From: Octopus vulgaris
Lineage: Eukaryota
Assembly: GCA_951406725.2 (NCBI GenBank)
Contig: OX597835.1
Span: forward strand, 39,432,001 to 39,496,000
Length of the DNA stretch: 64,000 bases
Reading direction: 5' to 3'
The notes under the pieces were generated by a model, which searched no databases, was not told the DNA's origin, and was given only the letters and a program-made list of their open reading frames with translations. Both the position numbers and the translations under genes were made by a program. The number at the start of each line of letters is the position of its first letter. Within the stretch, counting starts at the first letter, position 1. Shown piece by piece: positions 42,117-56,083 of this stretch.

Positions 42117-42392
42117 GGCTCATGGGCCCGGTTTCCCGGTTTCTGTGGCGTGTGTGTTCCCCCCCAGCTGGACAGGACGCCAGTCCATCGCAGCGTTACT
42201 CAAGAAACAGGAAGAGAGAGTGAGAGAAAGTTGGGGCGAAAGAGTACAACAGGGGCCGCCACCACCCCCTGCCGGAGCCTCGGGGGCTTTTAGGTATTTT
42301 CGCTCAATAAACACACACAGCGCCCGGTCTGAGAATCGAAACCGCGTTCCTCCAACCGCGAGTCCGCTGCCCTAACCACTAGGCCATTGCGC
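42117..42392 (-). mobile_element. tRNA-derived SINE family D
   Basis: Minus strand: GGCGCAATGGCCTAGTGGTTAGGGCAGCG..GGTTTCGATTC; homologue at 60612-60905. Confidence 0.75.
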
Positions 42393-42628
42393 CATTGCGG
42401 GCAGTGATACTGAAACCGAAATTATATGCAAAGCAAACTTCTTAACGAGGAAGCCACATCTGCGATTAATTACTTTCAGATTCTATTTCATTATAAATTT
42501 TAGATAATTATACATCATTATAAATTATTCTTCTTGTATTGTGATCTCCACAGAAAATCTTTTCACGAGAAAATTTTTCTTCTGTATTTCGGTTGCAGAA
42601 TCTATATCACTCGTCAGAAAAATCGTTT

Positions 42629-42815
42629 TGTGCTATTCCGTCTGCCGTTACGTTCTGAGTTCAAATTCCGCCGAGGTCGATATTGCCTTTCATCCTTTCG
42701 GGGTCGATTAAATAAGTACCAGTTACGCACTGGGGTCGATATAATCGACTTAATCCGTTTGTCTGTCCTTGTTTGTCCCCTCTGTGTTTGGCCCCTTGTG
42801 GGCAATAAGGAAATA
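42629..42815 (+). mobile_element. 5'-truncated SINE family A with 13-bp TSD
   Basis: AGAAAAATCGTTT at 42616-42628 and 42816-42828. Confidence 0.88.
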
Positions 42816-42889
42816 AGAAAAATCGTTTGGTGGTGTTCATTCTAGGTTCTTCGTCGTTTGAGTTCGACCTCGCTGAAATCGACTGTGCA

Positions 42890-43037
42890 TTACTCATTTT
42901 TGCCAGCTGAGTGGACTGCAGCAACGTGAAATGAAGTGTTTTGCTTAAGAACACAACGCGTCGCCCGGTCCAGGAATCGAAACCACAATCTTACGATCAT
43001 GATGCTGACACCCTAACCACTAAGCCACGCGCCTCCA
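42890..43037 (-). mobile_element. SINE family C head
   Basis: Matches 53865-54005 and 36325-36465. Confidence 0.75.
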
Positions 43038-43934
43038 CTGAAGTCATTATAATTAATATTATTTATTTATATAATTATTTTGTTGTTATGTATTTTTGTT
43101 GTATTGCTCACCTTGAGCCCTGCAATGAACCAGCGTCCCATTTGTAGGGGTTGTTGCGATCTCCTTCTCGTCGGACAAAATACTCCATGCATTTTTTCAG
43201 GTTCCATATGTTCTGAGTTCAAATCCTACCTGGGTCGGCTCTGTCTTTTTTATCCCTTCGGAATCGATTAAGTAAGGTACCAGTCAAATACTGGGGGTCG
43301 ATGTAATCAACTTGCCCCCCTCACCTCAAAAATTGCTCTCCTTGAACCCAGCAATGAACCGGAGTTCCGTTTGGGAGTTTCTTACGATCTCGGTCACTTA
43401 TACGCATCGTGAGTCCTGATGCTCGAGAACAAGGAAAGTGCTGGAGTCGATGGCGTCGAACAACCCCTTCCTTCGAAGTTATTTGACTTGTGCCAATGTC
43501 ACAAACAACACTTATACGCGCTCCACCCTCCTCAAAAAAGTTCAGTTTGGGGGGGGGGGGGCTTTTCGGATTTTAGATTTCCGGATAAAAGATTGTGTTC
43601 CTATTGTACGACTTATCTCTGGTGAGTCATTTTATCATTGAGTCAGTTTCTCAAACTTCTCTGCAGAAAGTCTTTTTTTAATTATTTTGCTAACCTTGTA
43701 AGGAATAAGAAACTATTAGAACTTTCCTTATTCCGACTCTTTTTTCCGGAATATCAGATCTTTCGGAGCTCTTTTGTTTTTGTTTTTTTTTTCCGAAGAC
43801 CTGCATTTACGAAGTACATGCTCTTGATAGCCTCTTTCGTTACTTCCAACCAACACAAAAGACAATAAGTCGTTACGTAGCTGAACTGCAGTGTATACAA
43901 ACACGCGCGCGCCCCCCTGTGTGAGTGTCTGCGA

Positions 43935-43968
<34 letters not shown>

Positions 43969-44350
43969 ATGCATGGATATATTTGTTTCAAGCAGGTAAT
44001 GGATCTTACGGTCATTACTCGGAGTTTCAAAGTCATTCAGCAATTTGCCGAACCGCTCAGTCGATGCTTTTTACGGTCGACTGGAAAATTAGACAAGTTC
44101 CAAATAATGATTTTAAATTATGGACATGACTAGGAATTTAAGGAGAGGGATACGTCGATTACATCGATTCCAGTGCAAACCTGGTACCTACTTTAGTGAC
44201 CATTGCATCCCCACGTCCATATATCATCATCTCATTAATCTATTCGTTTTTAACTTTTTACCCCAGCTGCATGTTTTGTCTGACCTTGTACTGTCCCCTC
44301 TGTGTCGGGCCCCCAGTGGGCGAATAAAGATAATGTTACAATCATCTGAA

Positions 44351-45438
44351 ATGGAATTGTCAAAGCGCAATATTCGAGTAATTTTGATATTCAACTTCAA
44401 AAAAGGACATAAAGCAGCTGAAACAGCTCGCGATACCAACGAAACGTTTGGTGAGGAAATGACCAGTGAGTGGTCAGCTCGAAAATGGTTTAAAGGATTT
44501 CGCAGTGGAGAGCTGAGCTTTGAAGATCGGGAGCGTCGTGCACGTCCATCTGTCATCGATGACGGTCAATTAAAGACCGTCATTGAGAAAGATCCACGTA
44601 AAACCACTCGAGAACTGGCAAAAGAACTTCAGGTTAGCCAGAAAACTACCTGCAAGCATTTGCATGCGATCGGAAAATAAAGAAAAAAGATCAACAAGTG
44701 TGTACCACACGATTTTAATGAAAATCAGAAAATGCGCAGATATGAAATTTGCTCGTCGCTTCTTCTCCGTAATCAGACCGATCCATTTTCCGACCGTATT
44801 GTAACTTGCGATGAAAGGTGGACTCTGTACAATAATAAAAAAAAATGTTCTTCGCATTGATTGGACCAAAAGGAAGCACCAAAAACCTTCCCTAAAACCG
44901 AGCTCTTCAAAAAGAAGGTTGTGGTGACTGTTTGGTGTTGTACTGCTGGACTCATCCACTATAACTTCTTAAAATCCAGAAAAACCATTACTGCAGCAAC
45001 ATATTGCCATGAAATTGCCACAATGAACGAAAAACTGCTGTTCCTCCGTCTCAGACTGGTCGATAGAAGAGGACCAATAGTTCTTCATGGCTCGACCACA
45101 CGTTTCACTAATGACGCTCCAGAAGTTGAGGGAACTTCCCAGTCAGCTTATTCCCCAGAACTTTCTCCTACCGACTACCACTTTTTCAAGCACCTTGATG
45201 GTTTCCTGCGAGAGAAAGAGTTCAAAATCCAAACCGATGCTGAAAGTGCATTCAAAGAGTTCATCAGCTCCCGAACTCCAGTTTTTATGTTACCGAAATA
45301 AACAAACTTGTAATTCATTGACAAAAATGTGTTGATTGTAATGGTACTTACTTTGATGAATAAAATTTCCGCATTGTTGAAATATATTGTGATGAATTTC
45401 ATGTTTCAAAACGTTGCTTACTTTTTACTCAGCCTGAT
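44351..45438 (+). pseudogene. Mariner (DD34D) transposase pseudogene with 3' TIR
   Basis: HTH region KGHKAAETARD..WFKGFRSG..EDRERRARP; CVPHDF (WVPHEL); IVTCDERW; YSPELSPTDYHFF. Contains stops and frameshifts; ends ..ACTTTTTACTCAGCCTGA-TA. Confidence 0.92.
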
Positions 45439-45545
45439 ATATAATAACTAAGGAAAAAAAAAACGGAGAAAAAAAGACAAGGGAAGAAACGGTAAAAAAA
45501 CAAAGCGATGACGTAGTACTTGCAAAGTATTGAGACAACAAATGT

Positions 45546-45578
<33 letters not shown>

Positions 45579-45582
45579 TATG

Positions 45583-45668
<86 letters not shown>

Positions 45669-45840
45669 CCTGCTCCTCGCTTAGCCAGCGGGGTGGCGAC
45701 ATCTGAAGGCTAAAACAATGCGAAGCGCACTGTGACCAGCGATATGTAGCAACGTCTGATAGCCTGGTCGGTGACGGTGATATATATATATATATATATA
45801 TATATACGTATAAACATGCACATACACCCACATACATACG

Positions 45841-45909
<69 letters not shown>

Positions 45910-45934
45910 GGATAGATAGATAGATAGATAGATA

Positions 45935-47093
45935 AGTTTCTTTATTGGCCACACAGGGCTGCACACAATGGGACAAGTTACAAGGTAGAGCTTTTCTTTT
46001 GGTGGATGAAGAGAACAAAAAACAAAAGAAAAAAAAGGGGGTGGCGTAGGTTTTCGATCAAGAGGGATCGTAAAAGGAAAGAAAAGAACAAAAAAAATTG
46101 AATAAAATAAAAAGAATAAAAAGAAAAAAAAGAAAAGGAAAAGGAACCAAAGGAAAGAGAAATGAAAAAAGAAGAAAAAAGGGGAAAAAAAGGGGAAGAG
46201 GAAAAAAAAGAACGATCAATAGGGATCGTGTATCACAGTGTTATGATATATGGTGTAAAGGGGAAAGCAAGTAAGGTTTATCCGTGGGAAGAAAAGCCTA
46301 CGAAAAAGACCACGGTAACCTTGGTCCATATTGTTATATGTTACCACATTTGTTTGCAAGTGGGTAACCCTCTGTTTTCAATTTCTGGGTTCATAGGATT
46401 ATGCTCAAGGTGGCTTCGTCATTCATACGTGCCATCCTTGCTACATTCACCCATCATTTTTTTAAACATTCGCTAGACAAAACTTGCCTCTCTACTCTCA
46501 CTTTCCTTTTCAAGTGGTACTTGAAGAAGTTGATGAGAGATTGACCAGAGAGGAAAGTGTTTGTCTCCAATCCTTTCAGACGCGTCCACCAGATACATTC
46601 TTTCGCCATAGCCACAAGGATGATGAAAATAGCTCTTCCTTCCCGTTTGAAGGAAGGAGGCGTGACAATATTGACGATAGACTCAGCTGATAAACCGACT
46701 CGTCCCACACGTGACAACAGTTGTTCGACATAAGCCCACAGGTCGGAAATTGTTGGACACTGCACGAGTGCGTGCAGAACGGTTTCGTCGCTCTGACCGC
46801 ATCTCGGGCAGGTCGGCCCCGTGTTTCTCGAGCCGTGTCTGTAGAGCTTATCCCGAACGGGTAGCGCTTCTCGGTAGCACTGCCAGGCCAGGGATCTCTG
46901 GAAGTTGTCCATGGGCCCTGGCCCGAAAGTCGTCCTGAACAGGCGGGTCAGGTACTCCTCGTCGACGTCCAGGTTCGCCCCGAGCTCGTCGTCGTCCCTC
47001 CCCTCCACTAATCCCCTATAGAATGCTTTGGTTGTGTTGAAGTCACTCAAGGTCGACTCGGGACGGCAGAGTTGCTTGAGAGCAACGCGACAC
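45935..47093 (-). mobile_element. 5'-truncated Tx1-clade LINE (ORF2 C-terminus plus 3' UTR) flanked by (GATA)n on both sides
   Basis: SLAWQCYREALPVRDKLYRHG..CPRCGQSDETVLHALVQC (CCHC zf-RVT), then AKECIWWTR. One in-frame TGA near 46454, after which WVNVARM..IIL* continues. AATAAA precedes (TATC)n. Confidence 0.92.
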
Positions 47094-47294
<201 letters not shown>

Positions 47295-47389
47295 TAATTG
47301 ATAGATTGATAGATTGATTGATAGATTGATAGAATGATTGATAGATTGATTGATAGATTGATAGATAGATTGATAGATTGATAGATATG

Positions 47390-47812
47390 CGCCGGCGTTG
47401 GTGTGTGGTAAGTAGTTTTCTTCCCAACCACATCTTCAGTCCCACTGTGTGGAACCTTGGGCAAGTGTCTTCTACTATAGCCTCAGGGCGACCAAAACCT
47501 TGTGAGTGGATTTGGTGGAGGGATACTGAAAGAAGCCTGTCGTATTTACATATATTTATATATATATATATATGTGTGTGTGCGTGTGTGTGTATGTATG
47601 CATATATGTGTGTGCATGTGTGTGTGTGAGGATGTGCGTGTGTGTGTGTGTCTATGTTTGTCCCCCAGTCATCGCTTCACAACCGATATTGGCGTGTTTA
47701 TGTCCCCAGAAACCGATAGAATAATTCCTAGGCTTACAAAGACTAAGTCCTGCGATCGAATTGGTCGACTAAAGGCGGTGCTCCAGCATGGTCACAATCA
47801 AATGATTTAAAC
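47390..47812 (+). mobile_element. SINE family B (diverged)
   Basis: Head, CORE-like segment and tail are recognisable. Confidence 0.75.
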
Positions 47813-48059
47813 AAATATATATACATACACTCACACACACACATATATATATCCATATACATACACACACAAATATAGACATATGTATGTATGTATGTAT
47901 GTATGGATGGATGGATGGATGGATGGATGGATGTGTGTATGTATGTGTGTATGTATGTATGTATGTATGTATGTATGTATGTATGAATGTATGTATGGAT
48001 GTATGTATGTATGTATGAATGTATGTATTTAAGTAAAGTTCAGAGTTTCAACCTGGAAT

Positions 48060-48260
48060 CGAAACGTGATCGACGATTCCGCTTCGCAATAATATCTGCG
48101 AGTCGCGCTTCTCACCGTAATATATAAATGGCCGCTAAGCCCCACCCCCAAGCTCAACGTCATCGCTCCGCCCCTGACAATAGCCCCACCCAGGCATTCT
48201 GTCAGCAAATCAGAACATGCGCCTTTCGCTACGACTTTCAGCATTCGATTTCACCTACTT
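48060..48260. promoter_or_regulatory. Candidate Pol II promoter-like CpG-rich patch
   Basis: TATATAAA overlapping YY1-like AAATGGCCGC (48121-48135), CCCCACCC twice, CTCCGCCCC GC box and ACGTCA half-CRE. No transcript evidence. Confidence 0.35.
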
Positions 48261-48272
48261 TCTGTCACGTAT

Positions 48273-48306
<34 letters not shown>

Positions 48307-48603
48307 GTGTGTGTGTGCGTGTGTATGTATATATTTATACTCATATATAATATATGCGGCCGAGCTGTAGCACAGATTTGAGTGGTTTTATGGAATAAAT
48401 TGACCTAAATCCTTATTTGGGTTAATTTATCTATCTGTCTATCTACCTATCTATCCATATATATGTGTGTGTGTGAGTGTGTGTGTGTGAGTGTGTGTGC
48501 ATATGTTTGTATGTGTGTATATATATATGTATGTATGTATATATATATGTATGTATATATATATATATATATATATCTTTATATATATACATATATATAT
48601 ATA

Positions 48604-48636
<33 letters not shown>

Positions 48637-48673
48637 ACGTCTGTATGTATGTATATGTATGTATATATCTATC

Positions 48674-48723
<50 letters not shown>

Positions 48724-48728
48724 CATAT

Positions 48729-48869
<141 letters not shown>

Positions 48870-49220
48870 CCTTGTTAATTGTGAGCAATGAATTTGGTTT
48901 TAGTAGGATTAACAAGTTCTCCAACATCAAGTGCAGCTAATCCCCAGACTATGGAGGAATAAATGGGTGGAGTCTGAGAATATTCCATAGAACAACGCTA
49001 ATCGCTCTGTTTCACATCGGTTGTTAATTTGAGCTGGATGTCCGATCGAACTTCTTTTCCCGTGTTTCAATCCGTGGCTGTTTATAGATTGTCACGGGAT
49101 GTTTTTGTGGACATAATCCAAAATAATCACATTTGATGGCAGTTCTTTACCCAGATGACCTTATCCTATCGCCCATCACTTGTTTTATGCGCGCATAAAT
49201 TAGTTTGATAGATGGGCTCT

Positions 49221-49292
49221 GATTGGCTGTATGCAAATGAGTTCATAAACTGAAGTATGCAAAATATTTGGCTGTATGCAAATGAGTTCATA
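49221..49292 (+). promoter_or_regulatory. Duplicated 25-bp unit carrying octamer ATGCAAAT, with a CCAAT box
   Basis: TTGGCTGTATGCAAATGAGTTCATA at 49223-49247 and 49268-49292; ATTGG in the first copy. Confidence 0.35.
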
Positions 49293-49422
49293 TCTGGAGT
49301 CGACAACACTCGTGGGAAAAAAATTCGCAGTCTGGACATCAATCGTGTCAGATTCCTCGTCAAAAATTTCTCAATTTCTGGTTGATTTCACGTACTTTCT
49401 ATTACGTATACACACACCTTCA

Positions 49423-50007
49423 AACACACACACACACACACACACACGCACGCACATGCATACATGCATACATACACATATACATACATACATACATACA
49501 TACATACATACATACATACATACATACATACATACATACATACATACATACATACATACATACATACATACATACATACATACATACATACATACATACA
49601 TACATACATACATACATACATACATACGTACGTACATACATACATACATACATGCATACATACAAACATACATGCATACTTATACATACATACATACATA
49701 CATACATACATACATACATACATGCATACTTATACATACATACATACATACATACATACATACATACATACATACATACATACATACATACATACATACA
49801 TACGTACATACATACATACATACAAACATACATACATACATACATACATACATACATACATACATACATACATACATACATACATACATACATACATACA
49901 TACACATACATACATACATACATACATGCATACTTATACATACATACATACATACATACATACATACATTATACATACATACATACATACATACATACAT
50001 ACATACA

Positions 50008-50036
<29 letters not shown>
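49423..50036. repeat. (CATA)n microsatellite
   Basis: ~600-bp tetranucleotide array. Confidence 0.95.
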
Positions 50037-50038
<2 letters not shown>

Positions 50039-50244
50039 TGTTGAGTAGGAGGTGTAAATTCTAAATTTTTGCAACGACGTCTGTAAGAGTGATGCCTCTG
50101 TAATTCTCTGGAAATGAGAGTATGCAGCCTTCTGTCCATTTTGTCAATGTTGCTTCCATTGCAGACAGTATTACAGAAACCGAACAGTATATATTTAAAT
50201 TCTTCGATCTTCGAGACATCAGATGAAGTATCTATCCAGACCAG

Positions 50245-50810
50245 CAAACTGTTGCACGCTGGACGAAATGCTTAGGGGTATTTCGTCTGCCGTTACGTTC
50301 TGAGTTCAAATTCCGCCGAGGTCGACTTTACCTTTCATCCTTTCGGGGTCAATTAAATAAGTACCAGTTACGCACTGGGGTCGATATAATCGACTTAATC
50401 CGTTTGTCTGTCCTTGTTTGTCCTCTCTGTGTTTAGCCCTTTGTGTTTAGTAAAGAAATAGGTATTTTGTCTGCCGTTACGTTCTGAGTTCAAATTACGC
50501 CGAGGTTGACTTTGCCTTTCATCCTTTCGGGGTCGATTAAATAAGTACCAGTTACGCAGTGGGGTCGATATAATCGACTTAATCCGTTTATCTGTCCTTG
50601 TTTGTCCTCTCTGTGTTTAGCCCCTTGTGGGTAGTTAAGAAATAGATATTTCGTCTGCCGCTACGTTCTGAGTTCAAATTGCGCCGAGGTCGATTTTACC
50701 TTTCGTCCTTTCGGGATCGATAAATCAAGGACCAGTTGAGTACTGGGTCGATGTAATCAACCATCCCCCTCCCCAAAATTTCACGCCTTGTGCCTAGAGT
50801 AGAAAAGATT
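50245..50810 (+). mobile_element. Trimeric SINE family A array
   Basis: Three head-to-tail ~185-bp units, each restarting at GRTATTTYGTCTGCCG after AGAAATA. Confidence 0.9.
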
Positions 50811-50984
50811 ATCCAGTCCAGTAACCTTTCGGTTTTTGTTGTCTTTAAGGAATGTTTTTCTATTTGTCAGTTATAATACGAAGAATACGCTAAATGATTG
50901 ACGTTACATCTATATCAGAAACTGAAGATATATTCCCAAACAAATTCTGAAAATGTTCCCTCCACTTTTCTAAGCGTTCCTCTC

Positions 50985-51245
50985 TCTTTACTCTTTACTC
51001 TTTTACTTGTTTCAGTCATTTGACTGCGGCCATGCTGTAGCACAATCTTTAGTCGAGCAAATCGACCCCAGGACTTATTCTTTGTAAGCCTTGTACTTAT
51101 TCCATCGGTCTCTTTTTGCCAGACCGCTAAGTTACGTGGACGTAAGCACACCAGCATCGGTTGTCAAGCGATGGTGTGGGGGTGGTGACAAACACAAACA
51201 CACAAGCATATACACACACGTACATACATACATACATACATACAT

Positions 51246-51304
<59 letters not shown>

Positions 51305-51462
51305 TATGATGGGCTTCTTTCAGTTTCCGTCTACCAAATCACTCACAAGGTTTCGGTTGACCCGAAGCTATAGTAGAAGACACTTACCCAAGGTGCCACG
51401 CAGTGGGACTGAACCCGGAACCATGTGGTTGGTAAGCAAGCTACTTACCACACAACCACTCA
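50985..51462 (-). mobile_element. Full-length SINE family B
   Basis: Reverse complement of the family consensus, including the (GTAAAAGA)n tail. Confidence 0.88.
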
Positions 51463-51686
51463 TGTGCCTAGTTCTATTTCAAGATTTCTTGCCAAGAGAG
51501 AAAGAGCCGATTTCTAACATAGAACCATGGTTCCTTCATTGGAATTTCAACAACATCAATAGGGCATCTTTGCATGCATGCATGTATGTATGTATGTATG
51601 TATGTGTGTATGTATGTATGTATGTATGTATGTATGTATGTATGTATGTATGTATGTATGTATGTACGTATGTATGTACGTATGTA

Positions 51687-51719
<33 letters not shown>

Positions 51720-52149
51720 ACGTATGTATGTATGTAAGTATGTATGTATGAATGTATGTATGTATGTATGTATGTATGTATGTATGCATGTATGTATGTA
51801 TGTATGTATGTATGTATGTATGTATGTATGTATGCATGTATGTATGCATGTATGTATGTATGTATGTATGTATGTATGTATGTATGTATGTGTGTGTGTA
51901 TGCGTGTCTGTGTGTATGTGTGTGTGTAGAAACACATACATAATACGGTATAACTTTCTGTAATTTCGGTTACACCCATTTATAGTTTGGGATTTTCGAC
52001 TCAAACTGTCTATCACGGGTTCACACACATATGCACACACACACACACACACACGTGTGTGTGTGTGAGAGGCCAGGTGGGTATATGTGTGCTTAAAAAT
52101 AGATGTTAGTCATTTATAAAGAACTACATATAAATACACATACACACAA

Positions 52150-52204
<55 letters not shown>

Positions 52205-52231
52205 TATATATACATGTGTATATATATATAC

Positions 52232-52277
<46 letters not shown>

Positions 52278-52833
52278 GTATATATATATGTGTATATATA
52301 TATATACATATTCAGGGTGAACAACATATCACACAGTTTACACATCGGTATCTTCCCATCCGTACATACATACATACATAACCTGGTACTTGAGTACACG
52401 AGTACATCAAAGGTAACCGAGTAATTATCAGTAAATGTTAAGATCTTCATCTCGACAGCTGCTTTGTATAAACGCTGCAGTGGAAGTTTTAATACTCATA
52501 TTTTTATGCAAGGCATAATGTCTCTATATATTATAGACGCCCGTGCTGTTGTATATATGAATACGTATGTGTATGTATGTATGAATGTATGAATGTATGT
52601 ATGTATGTATGTATGTATGTATGTATGTATGTATGTATGTATGAATGTATGAATGTACGTATGTATGTATGTATGTATGTATGTATGTATGTATGTATGT
52701 GTGTGTATGTATATATATATATATATATATATATAAATTTATATATAAATTTATATATATGTATATATAGACGCATACACACACATATGTAATGCATATA
52801 TGCATATTATATATGTGTGTGTGTGTATGGGTA

Positions 52834-52915
<82 letters not shown>

Positions 52916-53016
52916 CCCCTCTTTCTGTCTCTATAGATAGATAGATACATACATACATATATATACATACGAACATATGTATGTTTATATATATATATGT
53001 ATATATATATATGAAG

Positions 53017-53076
53017 ATATAACAAAAGCTTTTACTCGGAGTTTCACGTTTCCGTTCGTCGGACAGTTTTGTTATA
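53017..53076 (-). ncRNA. Hammerhead-like motif (core CCGACGA) as a ~60-bp island in (TA)n
   Basis: Minus strand: tataacaaaactgt CCGACGA ACG-GAAA-CGT GAAA CTCCGAG TA aaagcttttgttata. Imperfect long stem I. Confidence 0.55.
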
Positions 53077-53112
53077 TGTATGTGTATATATATATATATG
53101 TATGTCTGTATG

Positions 53113-53146
<34 letters not shown>

Positions 53147-53168
53147 TGTATGTATGTATGTATGTATG

Positions 53169-53207
<39 letters not shown>

Positions 53208-53377
53208 ATTGGCACTGTCACTAACCATGAAATGAGCGGGGTGGTTTCTTAGTTTAAAACCATTGTTTTGAAATTCTGTTTTATAAATGGATAGTCTTTC
53301 ACTCAAAACATGCAGACGCACATAGATGCATGTATGTGTGTATATATTTAAGTGTATGTCGATATATATATATATAT

Positions 53378-53501
<124 letters not shown>

Positions 53502-53505
53502 ATAA

Positions 53506-53669
<164 letters not shown>

Positions 53670-53779
53670 GAAAGGAGAGAGAGATGCATATATGTATGTA
53701 TAACGCAAATAAGTAAACGAAGATGGAATTTAGCATATCTCAATTCCTAGTTACAGTTAAAAAAATTAACCTTTTTGAG

Positions 53780-54005
53780 TCATACTGATTCATAAGAGGT
53801 AGTTTCCCGGTTTCCATTGCCCACCGGGACGAGACGGGACGCTGAAACAATCCCAGGATTACACATTTTTGCCTGCTGAGTGGACTGGAGTAACATGAAA
53901 TAAAGTGTTTTTCTCCAGAACACAACGCGTCCCCCGGTCCAGGAATCGAAACCACAGTCTTACGACCATGTTTTCAACACTCAAACCACTAAGCCACGCG
54001 CCTCC
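53780..54005 (-). mobile_element. SINE family C
   Basis: Minus strand: GGAGGCGCGTGGCTTAGTGG..GGTTTCGATTCC. Confidence 0.75.
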
Positions 54006-54151
54006 AAGTGTCTCGTTAAAATTCCGTTTTCTACCTCATTGTATGATTTCATATAAACAGTTACGTAATGTCTGTGGTTTTGAAAATTCGAGTGACACTT
54101 CATCAGGCTTGCATCAAAAAGTTCACTTTTACGTTGTACTTGAGCATTGCA

Positions 54152-54379
54152 CGAGTGACTGTGTGGTAAGTAGCTTGCTTACGAACCATATGTTTCCGGG
54201 TTCAGTCCCACTGCATGGAACCTTGGACAAGTGTCTTCTACTATAGCCTCGGGCCGAACAAAGCCTTGTGAGTGGATTTGGTAGACGGAAACTGAAAGAA
54301 GCCCATCGTATATATTAAAGGCGATGCTCCAGCATGGCCGCAGTCAAATGACTGAAACAAGTAAAAGAGTAAAAGAGTA
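54152..54379 (+). mobile_element. Internally deleted SINE family B
   Basis: Head joined directly to the tail after CGTATATA. Confidence 0.85.
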
Positions 54380-54380
54380 T

Positions 54381-54560
54381 GGATCTTTTCTAAAAGATGG
54401 ACAGAATTTCTACTTAACTAAATAATTTGAAACTTCGTATACTGGTAGAATGTGTCAAAAGAAAACATTAATTTCAACTAGTTTTTTTGAGAAAATTGTA
54501 TTTTGTAACTTTTACGTAGTTTAATTCTTCGAATTTTAACCAATGAAATCCCAGCATTTG
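54381..54560 (-). mobile_element. Fragment related to the MITE at 58105-58529
   Basis: Starts GGATCTTTTC; AAACTTCGTATACTGGTAGAATGTGT is the reverse complement of ~58445-58470. Confidence 0.65.
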
Positions 54561-54711
54561 AGCTAAATTCATTTGCTGCGTAAACAGCAGACACATACAC
54601 ACGCACACGTGTTATTCATCCATCACTTCTGTCTTCTGTCTTCTGCAGGTGCTAGAAATAACAGCTATATCTCTTAAATCGATGAATTTCGTCGCCCAAT
54701 AAAAATATTAA

Positions 54712-55166
54712 CGATATTTTTGGGACTTTTAAAACATGTTCGTATTCGTTCCGCTTTCGCAGGACATCAATATTTTGTTGCGGTTTCCACGCATTGTCTT
54801 GTTATTTCCTATAAAGTCATGCCTAATGCACCACTTACATACTTCACACACACAAACACACACACGCACACATACACAACAAAAACACACACACAACAAA
54901 AACACACACACACACAGGTACCCATGTTTATTTCAATGTCATCCCTGACTTACGGAACGATTACCTGTGTGTGTGTGTTTTTGTTGTGTATGTGTGTGCG
55001 TGTGTGTGTTTGTTGTGTATGTGTGTGCGTGTGAAGTATGTGAGTGGTGCGTTAGGCATGACTTTATAGGAAATAACAAGGCAATGCGTGGAAACCGCAA
55101 AAAAAAATTGATGTCCTGCGAAAGCGGAACGAATACGAACATGTTTTAAAAGTCCAAAAAATATCG
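54712..55166. mobile_element. Foldback/MITE-like element, ~205-bp arms and ~41-bp spacer
   Basis: 54712-54920 is a close reverse complement of 54962-55166, including an internal (CA)n tract. No clear TSD. Confidence 0.85.
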
Positions 55167-55430
55167 GAGGAATTAGAACTCAGTACGCAAATTCTCACTT
55201 AAGTATTGGATCTGTTTTCTCCCGCCACTTTCCTTCAATTTTTTGCAATATAGGTCTGGCATTTTGGCACGAGGCTAGCAAGATTTGGTACGAGGCTAGC
55301 AAGTTCAGGAGAGTGGGCTAATCAATTACATCGACCCCAGTATTCAACTGGTACTTTGTGGTATTGACCACAAAAGGATGAAAGGCAAAGTCTGTCGGTT
55401 CGCTGCCTTCGTCGAATAGAATTATTTTAC

Positions 55431-55760
55431 GGTGACGAGCTAGCAGACTCGTTAGCACGCCGGGCGAATTGCTACGCAGTATTTCGTCTGCCGTTACGTC
55501 CTGGGTTCAAATTCCGCCGAGGTCGACTTTGCTTTTCATCCTTTCGGGGTCGATAAATTAAGTACCAGTTACGCACTGGGATCGATATAATCGACTTAAT
55601 CCGTTTGTCTGTCTTTATTCGTGCCCTCTGTGTTTAGCCCCTGGTAGGTAGTAAAGAAATAGGTATTTATTGCGACTCTTGGAATTTTTTATGTTCCAAG
55701 TTCAAATCACACCGAGGTCAACCGTTGTCTTCTGTCTCCTTTTGGCCGATAAATGAAATA
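55431..55760 (+). mobile_element. SINE family A: young unit followed by a diverged unit
   Basis: Consensus-like to 55662, then GTATTT..AAGTTCAAATCACACCGAGGTCAAC remnant. Confidence 0.8.
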
Positions 55761-56025
55761 CTCACTTAAGCACAGGAGCCGTTTTCTTCCCTCCTCTCTC
55801 TCTGCCCCTATCTTTTTCGTAATCTCTCTCGGTGTTGTCTACGTGAAGAGGGTCACAAAAAGAAGTGTTCCCTCACCGGTCCTCCGCCTCCTCCTCAACT
55901 GGTGGACCCTCAAAGAGAGATCAGACAACCTCAGATTTCATCATTCGTTGACCTCTCAATAAAGTTCACGGTACGCGGGCGACGCGATTACTGTAAGGGT
56001 TCCACAGCTGCGTTAGCAATGTCGC

Positions 56026-56083
<58 letters not shown>

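Noticed and set aside
50245-50810. Regularly spaced repeats suggestive of a CRISPR array
   Set aside because: Whole ~185-bp units repeat without unique spacers; eukaryotic SINE tandem.
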